Origin: Sedimentisphaeraceae bacterium JB056
GTDB taxonomy: Bacteria > Planctomycetota > Phycisphaerae > Sedimentisphaerales > Sedimentisphaeraceae
Length of the DNA: 64,000 nt
Assembly: GCA_044440125.1 (NCBI GenBank)
Contig: JBITAJ010000004.1
Coordinates: 64,001 to 128,000, forward strand
Direction: 5' to 3'
In this document: in pieces, positions 56,693 through 64,000 of the stretch
How the letters are laid out: each line of letters starts with the position of its first letter
Position numbering within the stretch: the first letter of the stretch is position 1
Made by a program: the position numbers and the translations under genes
The notes under the pieces: model-generated
Databases searched by the model: none
What the model was told of the DNA's origin: nothing
What the model saw: the letters and a program-made list of their open reading frames with translations, nothing else

Positions 56693-58075
56693 ATGACATA
56701 TGATGTAGTTGTTATTGGCGGCGGCCCCGGCGGTTACGCGGCAGCCATACGTTGTGCACAAAAAGGAGCAAAAGTTGCTCTCGTAGAGAAAGACGCTATG
56801 GGCGGCACATGCCTCAACAGGGGCTGTATCCCTTCAAAGGCACTTCTCGGCTCGGCACATTTCCTCACGCTCGCCAAACACGCCAACCTTATGGGCCTCG
56901 AAATCGGCTCACTCAAACCGAACTGGACAAAGATGCAGGCTCGTAAAGACGCCATCGTAAAGGGGTTCAAAGGCGGCGTAACCGGCCTGGTAGAGAGCAA
57001 CGGCATTAAGATATATGAAGGCATCGGAATCGCAACTGCTGCCGACAAAGTAAGAGTAGACAAAGCAGACGGCTCAAACGAAACCATCGACTGCAAGAAA
57101 ATAATCCTCGCTACCGGTTCAGTTCCGGTTCAGATTCCGGTATTCCCGTTTGACGGCGAGAAAATCATCAGCAGTAATGAGGCACTGAGCCTTCCTGCGA
57201 TACCGGCATCAATGGTTATCATTGGTGGTGGAGTTATCGGCTGTGAGCTTGGCTGCGTATACGCAACTCTCGGCTGCAAGGTAACAATCGTTGAAGCACT
57301 TCCTACAATCCTTCCAAACGAAGATGAGTGGGTAGGCAAGACTCTCGTTCGCGAGTTCAAGAAAATCGGCATCAACACACTCACAGGCACAAAGGTGCTT
57401 GGCGTTGACACAGCAGGTGCCGGATGCAAGGTAAGCCTTGAAGGTGCTGACGCTATCAAGTGCGAAAAGGTGCTCGTTGCGGTAGGCCGCCGTGCTATAT
57501 GCGATGACGAGACAGTAAAGAGCCTGTCTCTGGAAATGGAAGGACCAAAGGTCAAGGTAAACGATAAGCTTGAGACAAGCACCAGCGGCGTGTATGCCAT
57601 AGGTGACGCTGTGGGAACCACTTATCTTGCTCACGGAGCGTTCATGGAAGCGGAAGTTGCCGCTGTCAACGCTACCGGCGGCGATGAAAAGATGGAAAAC
57701 TACCACCTGATCCCAAGAGCAGTTTACACATTCCCTGAAGTTGCCTCAGTCGGACGCAGTGAGAAAAGAGCTATTGAGCTTGGCTATGACATCGAAGTCG
57801 GCACCGCACCTTTCCGTTCTAACGGAAGAAGTATCGCCCACAACGAAACAACAGGCCAGATCAAGGTGATAAAAGACAAAAAGACCGGCAAGGTAATAGG
57901 CGTAACAATGCTTGGAGCAACGGTTACAGAAATGCTGGCATCAGCAAGAGCCTTGATGGGTTCTGAAGAGAAGATAACTGAAGTATGTTTCGCTCACCCA
58001 ACGGTTTCTGAGGTATTGAAGGAAGCCTGGGAAGATGCATACCATGTAAGTTTACATGTACCCCCGTCAAAGTAA
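56693..58075 (+). CDS. lpdA: Dihydrolipoamide dehydrogenase
   Basis: GGGPGGY, GGTCLNRGCIPSK, GGGVIGCE, HPTVSE. Confidence 0.93.
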   Translation: MTYDVVVIGGGPGGYAAAIRCAQKGAKVALVEKDAMGGTCLNRGCIPSKALLGSAHFLTLAKHANLMGLEIGSLKPNWTKMQARKDAIVKGFKGGVTGLVESNGIKIYEGIGIATAADKVRVDKADGSNETIDCKKIILATGSVPVQIPVFPFDGEKIISSNEALSLPAIPASMVIIGGGVIGCELGCVYATLGCKVTIVEALPTILPNEDEWVGKTLVREFKKIGINTLTGTKVLGVDTAGAGCKVSLEGADAIKCEKVLVAVGRRAICDDETVKSLSLEMEGPKVKVNDKLETSTSGVYAIGDAVGTTYLAHGAFMEAEVAAVNATGGDEKMENYHLIPRAVYTFPEVASVGRSEKRAIELGYDIEVGTAPFRSNGRSIAHNETTGQIKVIKDKKTGKVIGVTMLGATVTEMLASARALMGSEEKITEVCFAHPTVSEVLKEAWEDAYHVSLHVPPSK

Positions 58076-58117
58076 TTCAGATTGATCTGAGTTATTACAG
58101 ACATCTCAATATAGACC

Positions 58118-58159
58118 AAAAACCGCCGCGATTGCAAAATCACGGCGGTTTTTGTTTTT
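58118..58159. terminator. Bidirectional intrinsic terminator
   Basis: aaaaaccgccgcgatt...aatcacggcggtttttgttttt. Confidence 0.85.
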
Positions 58160-58162
58160 CAT

Positions 58163-58924
58163 TCAATATCCTCCACCAATTTGAGGAGTAATCTCGTTTT
58201 GCTCTACAAGCTCAGTCCATATTCTTCTGTATGTCTCATTTGTTTCCATTTGTTCGGCGTGTTCTTTTCGCCTTTTCTCTACATATTTTATATAAGCCGA
58301 CTTTATTTCTTCTTCTCGCTTGGATTCCTCTTCTGGAGACAAACCAACTAAAGCCTTACCGGTAAAATTCGGATACGACATCTTAAAATATTGAAAATCA
58401 TCAGGATTTGTAATTTGCTTAATCCATGATATTATACGCCCTTCTTCCGCCCTTTTTGATGCTTCAAACTTGTAATTATCAATAAGCGTTCTGAGCTCAG
58501 ACGTTTCCCAGGTAAGGCCATAAATCTTCTCGTTATCCCAACCTATGTTGATACAGTAAATTACTTCACCTGTATTAAATTGTAAAACATGCCCCAAATC
58601 CTTGTTATGACTATTTTGAGCATCAAAAATACACTCTTTAATTTTCTGTATTCTTTCGTAGTCATCCGTAGGAATATACCCCCCATACAACACATCATAC
58701 AATAATTCTCTTCTTTCAGTATTATTGAAGTAACAATCATTTAGGAGATCGATATCTATCTCCAAAACATTTTCGCTTGATAGTTTATCAACCATTTCAG
58801 GATAGCCGCTGAACCATATGTATTCAGGTGGCCTATTAGAACGTTCGATATAAAGGAACACTGCAAGAGCGATTGTTGCTAATAACACGAACAAGATATT
58901 TATGATAATTATTTTCCGAGTCAT
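58163..58924 (-). CDS. Membrane-anchored hypothetical protein (paralogue 1 of 3)
   Basis: N-terminal TM helix; PEYIW; GWDNEKIYGLTW. Confidence 0.7.
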   Translation of the reverse strand: MTRKIIIINILFVLLATIALAVFLYIERSNRPPEYIWFSGYPEMVDKLSSENVLEIDIDLLNDCYFNNTERRELLYDVLYGGYIPTDDYERIQKIKECIFDAQNSHNKDLGHVLQFNTGEVIYCINIGWDNEKIYGLTWETSELRTLIDNYKFEASKRAEEGRIISWIKQITNPDDFQYFKMSYPNFTGKALVGLSPEEESKREEEIKSAYIKYVEKRRKEHAEQMETNETYRRIWTELVEQNEITPQIGGGY

Positions 58925-59000
58925 TCTGTATTGCCATGCATAGACTTAGGAATTTTCAATTGTTCTTGTTTTACACGCCATCATATCTATCAAGTAAGAT

Positions 59001-59576
59001 TTATTCTGGTTCATTTTTTCTGATACCAGCTCCCATCATCATGTCTGGATTTTCCTGTTTTTTTTCTTCCATTTGACGAAGTGCCCTTTCTCTGCCACGC
59101 TCGACTCTTTTTTTCATACAGCCTTTCCAATCTTCTATAGTCTCGTAGAGTTCTTTTGATTGCCATCCACTACCATATATTTTCTCATTATCCCAGTCTG
59201 CTCTTAAATAGTACATCTTGTACCCAAAGATTCTGTTCCCTGTCTTAAAAAAAATCACACTATCAGTATCCGATGTTTGGTATTTATCGGCAAGAATAAT
59301 ACAATCAACAAACTCAAGAATTCTGTCATGATCGGTTATAGGCGCAAATCTTGCTAATATATCTGAGACAACAAGAGTGTTTCTCTTTTTAAAATTGAAA
59401 TATCCATCATTGATCCTGTTTATGTCGATTTCAATGACTTTATTTCTTAAATCTTTAAGCTGACTATTGTCTTCCAACCAAACATATTCGGGATTTCGAT
59501 TTATCAAATAAAATGCAATAGAAACCATTATTGACAATATCACAATAAGTTTATTTTTAGAAATAATCTTTTTCAT
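59001..59576 (-). CDS. Membrane-anchored hypothetical protein (paralogue 2 of 3)
   Basis: NPEYVW; TGNRI; WDNEKIYGSGW. Confidence 0.7.
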   Translation of the reverse strand: MKKIISKNKLIVILSIMVSIAFYLINRNPEYVWLEDNSQLKDLRNKVIEIDINRINDGYFNFKKRNTLVVSDILARFAPITDHDRILEFVDCIILADKYQTSDTDSVIFFKTGNRIFGYKMYYLRADWDNEKIYGSGWQSKELYETIEDWKGCMKKRVERGRERALRQMEEKKQENPDMMMGAGIRKNEPE

Positions 59577-60124
59577 TTCATCTGTCCCGGGAAATTAGGA
59601 TCATTATATAAATTTTCCATTTCAACACCTACTCGCTGACGGGCTCTTTTCATTGATCTTTCATTATCCTCTTTCCAATCATTAACTAAATAATAGAACC
59701 ACTTTGATTTCCAGCCGTCTCCGTATATTGTTTCCGTATTCCAACCCACTTTCAAACAGTATATTTTTTTGCCGACAATCCGATTACCAGTTTCAAATGT
59801 TAGGAAAAACGGCAAATCGGCTGACTCTTCACTTTGCTCGAAGCGAGTTATATTCGAAATAATGGCTCTAATTTGTTGCTGATCACTAACGGGCAAGAAG
59901 AGGTGGTAATAGCCTTCTGCCCGCAAAAAAGAGCGATAATTGTAATTAATCTTTCCATTTCCGATTTTATTAATGTCAATGTAGTTAATTTTATCATAAG
60001 CATCTTTAAGTTTATCTGGATTGTCTAACCAAATATACTCCGGGTTTTTATTGCCACAATAAACGCCTGCTAAAATAACTGCAACGGACAAGATTGCTGT
60101 CAATATTTTCTTGATCATTATCAC
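59573..60124 (-). CDS. Membrane-anchored hypothetical protein (paralogue 3 of 3)
   Basis: NPEYIW; TGNRI; GWNTETIYGDGW. Confidence 0.7.
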   Translation of the reverse strand: MIMIKKILTAILSVAVILAGVYCGNKNPEYIWLDNPDKLKDAYDKINYIDINKIGNGKINYNYRSFLRAEGYYHLFLPVSDQQQIRAIISNITRFEQSEESADLPFFLTFETGNRIVGKKIYCLKVGWNTETIYGDGWKSKWFYYLVNDWKEDNERSMKRARQRVGVEMENLYNDPNFPGQMK

Positions 60125-60255
60125 TACCCCAATTAATCAACTATACCAAAGCTGATAGCAAAGTCAATAGTACCAAGGGATATATAATTAAAAAACATTA
60201 GATAATCATAGACCGTTTTTAGGAGCCCAGAGCGTAAAAAGAGGGGATTTTGTGC

Positions 60256-60284
60256 TTGCAAAAGGGGTTGTGTTCTACTATAAT
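60256..60284 (+). promoter_or_regulatory. sigma70 promoter of the ffh operon
   Basis: TTGCAA-17-TATAAT. Confidence 0.65.
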
Positions 60285-60432
60285 CTGCCCTCTTACTTCT
60301 GCGCCAGAAGTGTATACTTTGGCGATGTAAGCAAAAGTTGGTGGTAATGATAGTGTATTATCTCAATATTCATGCTTTTGCGGCAGTCGTCATATATTAT
60401 TAATAGCGAAAGAAAAACAGGGATATACAGTT

Positions 60433-61869
60433 TTGTTTGACGCATTAACCGACAAGTTTAACAACGTGTTTAAGTCGCTTTCAGGACGTGGCCGTATCAC
60501 AGAGGCCAACGTCTCGGATGCTATGCGCGAAGTTCGCAAGGCTCTTCTGGAAGCGGATGTCAACTACCAGGTAGTAAAGAAGTTCTGTAAAGACGTTCGC
60601 GATGCGGCACTTGGCGCTGACGTAGTAAAAAGCCTCAAACCGGGCGAGGTGATGGTAAAGATCGTCCACGACGAACTTACCAAGCTTATGGGCCCTGAGA
60701 GCAGTGATATATATTTTGTTTCACCAGGACCGACAGTCATAATGCTTGCCGGTCTGCAGGGTTGCGGTAAAACAACTACCGCCGCCAAATTAGCAAATTA
60801 CCTAAAAAAAGAAGGTAAGAAGCCGATGATGGTTGCCGTGGATCTTCAAAGACCTGCGGCTATCCAGCAGCTTATCAGCCTTGGTGAACAATTAGAGATC
60901 CCGGTATACAGTGAAGACAGCAAAGACGCTGTTCGTGTAGCATCTGCCGGTGTTAAAAAAGCTAAAAAGAACGGTTGCGACGTCGTAATTCTCGACACCG
61001 CAGGTCGTTTACATATAGACCAGGAGCTTATGAACGAGGTTTCGGACGTAGCGAAGGCTACCAACCCGCATCAAATCTTCCTCGTTTGCGATGCGATGAT
61101 CGGTCAAGACGCAGTCAACTCTGCCAAGGAATTCAACGACAGGCTCGAACTTGACGGCGTGATACTTACAAAACTCGATGGTGATGCCCGTGGTGGTGCC
61201 GCCCTCAGTGTTAAAGCAGTAACAAGCAAGCCGATTAAATTTATCGGTGTCGGCGAAAAGCTCGACAATCTCGAAAGATTCCATCCAGACAGAATGGCAG
61301 GCCGTATTCTCGGAATGGGTGACGTTGTTTCACTTGTAGAGAAGGCTCAGCAGGAATTTGACGAGGAAGAAGCCGAAAAGCTGCAAAACAAGATGGCTTC
61401 AGGTAAATTCGGTCTTGACGACTTCCTCAGTCAGATGGCAAAAGTTCGCAAGATGGGCGGCATGATGAGCATGCTCAAAATGCTCCCGGGTATCGGCTCA
61501 AAAGTCGGCGATCTTGACATTGATGAGAAAGAGTTCAAACGCATCGAAGCTATAATACAGTCGATGACGCCTGTTGAACGTAAAGACCCTGACATGCTCA
61601 ACCCTTCTCGCCGCAGACGTATTGCGGCCGGTTGCGGACTTGGCGTTCAGGATATCGCTTCTCTTGTCAAGACATTCAAAAGAAGTCGAGACATGATGCA
61701 GATGATGGCAGGAGGCAGTGCCGGCTCGCTGGCAGCAATGAGAGGCCTGATGGGTGGCGACATGAATATGCTCAACACTCTTGGCGGCGGTCAGAAGCGA
61801 CAAAAACAGAGAAGCAAGAGAAAGAAAGTGGTTCTTCGCGGCAAGGCAAAGAAAAAACGAAGCCGATAA
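60433..61869 (+). CDS. ffh: Signal recognition particle protein
   Basis: GLQGCGKTT, DTAGR, TKLDGDARGG; Met-rich M domain. Confidence 0.97.
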   Translation: MFDALTDKFNNVFKSLSGRGRITEANVSDAMREVRKALLEADVNYQVVKKFCKDVRDAALGADVVKSLKPGEVMVKIVHDELTKLMGPESSDIYFVSPGPTVIMLAGLQGCGKTTTAAKLANYLKKEGKKPMMVAVDLQRPAAIQQLISLGEQLEIPVYSEDSKDAVRVASAGVKKAKKNGCDVVILDTAGRLHIDQELMNEVSDVAKATNPHQIFLVCDAMIGQDAVNSAKEFNDRLELDGVILTKLDGDARGGAALSVKAVTSKPIKFIGVGEKLDNLERFHPDRMAGRILGMGDVVSLVEKAQQEFDEEEAEKLQNKMASGKFGLDDFLSQMAKVRKMGGMMSMLKMLPGIGSKVGDLDIDEKEFKRIEAIIQSMTPVERKDPDMLNPSRRRRIAAGCGLGVQDIASLVKTFKRSRDMMQMMAGGSAGSLAAMRGLMGGDMNMLNTLGGGQKRQKQRSKRKKVVLRGKAKKKRSR

Positions 61870-62004
61870 TATGAATAGGCATTAGGCAGTACCGCGACCT
61901 TTAGAGAGCGGGTAGACTGATAACTAATTGCTGATAGATAAAATAACGTGTTTGCCCAAAAGTGAGGGCAAAATTTTATATAAATCATTTTTAAAGGATT
62001 TAAT

Positions 62005-62478
62005 ATGGCAGTAAAGATTAGAATGACGAGGATGGGACGTAGGCATCGCCCTTTCTTCAGGATCAATGCGGTAGAAAGTAGAACACCGCGTGATGGTCGT
62101 ATTCTTGAGAAACTCGGACACTTTGATCCGCTTCTCAAAAATGTAGATGAGCAGCTCGTTCTCGATGATGAAAGAGTAAAATACTGGCTCGACAATGGTG
62201 CTATACCTACAGACACCATCATTGATTTCCTCAAAAAGAGAGGCATCACTTGTAAATATATGGAAGATAAAGCGGCCCGCCGTGAAAAAGCAAGGCAGAT
62301 CGCTCGCAAGAAGGGTGTACCTTTCACAAAGGCTGACAGAATAGCTGCAGAAAAGGCAGCAGAAGCAGCCAAGGAAGCAGCTGAAAAAGCTGCGGCTGAG
62401 GCAGCGGCGGCTAAAGAAGCTGAAGAAGCTGCAAAGGCAGCCGAAGCAGAAGCAGCGGCAGCAGAATCTGCTGAATAA
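62005..62478 (+). CDS. rpsP: 30S ribosomal protein S16 with Ala/Glu-rich extension
   Basis: MAVKIRMTRMGRRHRPFFRI...PRDG. Confidence 0.97.
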   Translation: MAVKIRMTRMGRRHRPFFRINAVESRTPRDGRILEKLGHFDPLLKNVDEQLVLDDERVKYWLDNGAIPTDTIIDFLKKRGITCKYMEDKAARREKARQIARKKGVPFTKADRIAAEKAAEAAKEAAEKAAAEAAAAKEAEEAAKAAEAEAAAAESAE

Positions 62479-62493
62479 GCAAATTGGAAATAA

Positions 62494-63183
62494 ATGCGTA
62501 TTGATGTACTGACATTATTTCCGGAGATGTTTGAGTCTCCATTAGATCATTCTATCCTCAGGAGAGCCCGAGATAAGGGCGCAATTGAGGTTGTTCTTTC
62601 AAATATTAGAGATTTTGCCAATGACGCCTACAAAAAGGTTGATGACAAACCTTATGGCGGAGGCCCCGGCATGGTGATGATGTGTCAGCCGGTTTTTGAT
62701 TGCTTCGAGAGTGTAACTCAAGAGTGCAAGAAGAAACCGAGGGTAATAATGATGAGTCCTCAAGGCAGACAATTAAACCAGCAGATTGCTCAGGAGTTGA
62801 GCAAAGAGGAGCATTTAGTCCTCATTGCAGGCAGATACGAAGGTTTTGATGAACGCATCAGGATCGGACTTGACGCCGAACAGCTCTCAATAGGCGATTA
62901 TGTGCTTACCGGTGGCGAACTTGCGGCAATGGTAGTGATTGATTCTGTTGCAAGACTGATCGATGGCGTACTCGGCGATGATAAATCGAGCGAGGACGAA
63001 TCTTTCAGCAACGGACTTCTGGAATATCCCCACTACACACGCCCCGAAGAATACAGGGGAATGAAAGTACCGGATATTCTGCTCAGCGGACACCACAAGA
63101 ATATTGAATTGTGGCGGGCAGAGCAATCACTGGAAAGAACGAGAAAATGGCGACCAGACTTGCTTGAAACGCAGAGAGACTGA
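62494..63183 (+). CDS. trmD: tRNA (guanine37-N1)-methyltransferase
   Basis: VDDKPYGGGPGM, GRYEGFDER, SIGDYVLTGGE. Confidence 0.97.
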   Translation: MRIDVLTLFPEMFESPLDHSILRRARDKGAIEVVLSNIRDFANDAYKKVDDKPYGGGPGMVMMCQPVFDCFESVTQECKKKPRVIMMSPQGRQLNQQIAQELSKEEHLVLIAGRYEGFDERIRIGLDAEQLSIGDYVLTGGELAAMVVIDSVARLIDGVLGDDKSSEDESFSNGLLEYPHYTRPEEYRGMKVPDILLSGHHKNIELWRAEQSLERTRKWRPDLLETQRD

Positions 63184-63256
63184 TTAAATATAAATATGAC
63201 ACGAAAGTGTCGAGAATAAAACGTAAATATAATCGTATGGTTATAGGAGATAAATC

Positions 63257-63625
63257 GTGAAAACCGAACTTTTAGACTTTGTAGAAAGCACCAGCTTAAA
63301 GAAAGAAGTGCCACACTTCGAGATAGGCGACACTGTAGAAGTGCATTGCAAGATCGTTGAAGGCAATAAAACACGTATCCAGGTGTTTACAGGCGTAGTT
63401 ATCGCTCGTAAAGGCCGCGGGATAAACGAAACATTCACAGTTCGCCGTATGATCAGTGATCAGGGTGTTGAACGTGTGTTCCCGCTCCACTCACCGAACA
63501 TTCAGAATATTGTTCCTATCAGAAGTGCCAAGGTACGTAGGGCAAAGTTGTTCTTCCTTCGTGGCAGATCTGGTAAAGCTGTTCGTCTTACACAGAGACA
63601 TACCGACTACACAGTTATTAAATAA
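63257..63625 (+). CDS. rplS: 50S ribosomal protein L19
   Basis: GDTVEVH..IVEG.K.RIQ.F.G, GVERVFPLHSP, VRRAKL. Confidence 0.97.
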   Translation: MKTELLDFVESTSLKKEVPHFEIGDTVEVHCKIVEGNKTRIQVFTGVVIARKGRGINETFTVRRMISDQGVERVFPLHSPNIQNIVPIRSAKVRRAKLFFLRGRSGKAVRLTQRHTDYTVIK

Positions 63626-63626
63626 G

Positions 63627-63704
63627 CAGTTTAAAGTAATAGGTAATAAGTTTAATTACGGTATAGCCAACTTAAAACTTACGACTTAGAACTTAAAACT
63701 TAAA
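63627..63704. repeat. Heptamer tandem repeats in inverted arrangement
   Basis: cagttta aagtaat aggtaat aagttta ... aacttaa aacttac gacttag aacttaa aacttaa. Confidence 0.6.
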
Positions 63705-63713
63705 GAAAATGGT

Positions 63714-64000
63714 ATGTTCCTGTTTCTCACAAGAGGCATTCTGCTTAGAAACCGTCGCCTCTTAGGCCGATGGGGTGAGAGATATGCGCAGAAGTACTTA
63801 AAAGGCAAGGGGTATATACCTCTTGCCTTTAATTTTAAATCAAGATCGGGTGAAATTGATCTTGTTACAAGAAGCAAAGACGGCACATTCGTATTTGTTG
63901 AAGTTAAGACCAGGGGTTTCAAAGAGTTTCTTCCTGCCGTAAATGCGGTTAACAAAAAGAAACAACGAAACATAACAAACGCCGCCAGACAATTCATAAG
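63714..64000 (+). CDS. yraN: YraN/UPF0102 family nuclease-like protein (3' truncated by window edge)
   Basis: Absent from the ORF track; translates LGRWGERYA..YL..KGY...NF....GEIDLV.......FVEVKTR. Confidence 0.88.
   Translation, partial: MFLFLTRGILLRNRRLLGRWGERYAQKYLKGKGYIPLAFNFKSRSGEIDLVTRSKDGTFVFVEVKTRGFKEFLPAVNAVNKKKQRNITNAARQFI

Noticed and set aside
62478..62494. rimM missing between rpsP and trmD
   Set aside because: Clean 15-bp spacer; as far as I recall this gene order is normal for planctomycetes.
63686..63997. 103-aa minus-strand ORF
   Set aside because: Antisense to yraN.

Overview
Bacterial chromosome window, most likely a planctomycete of the Phycisphaerae/Sedimentisphaerales type. 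This is inferred from the prepilin-type '[13 protein letters not shown]' genes, LamG proteins with dockerin-like tails and an ffh-rpsP-trmD-rplS operon without rimM. Right of ~52.6 kb is mostly core genome: tRNA-Thr(TGT), aroB, a GGQ release-factor-like gene, lpdA, ffh-rpsP-trmD-rplS-yraN, plus a few AT-rich hypothetical genes. Left of the tRNA is a visibly AT-richer accessory region. A 53-bp duplication of the tRNA-Thr 3' half (5436-5488 vs 52566-52618) delimits a ~47-kb island that encodes no recognisable integrase. The accessory DNA splits into three glycan-utilisation cassettes. Each has its own regulator, exactly one DUF1559-type pseudopilin, dockerin-tagged lectin-like proteins and a DapA/NanA-family aldolase; the two complete cassettes also have an SSS transporter. 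The cassette boundaries carry att-like modules built on 3' or anticodon-arm fragments of three different tRNAs (Thr, Arg, Asp). Three of the four modules share a CATAAG-N17-CTTA element and tandem arm-type repeats. Cassette 3 also encodes four paralogues of an unnamed TIM-barrel glycosidase-like family and nine copies of a ~190-aa lectin-like module. All calls were made by eye from sequence and motifs; no database searches were run.
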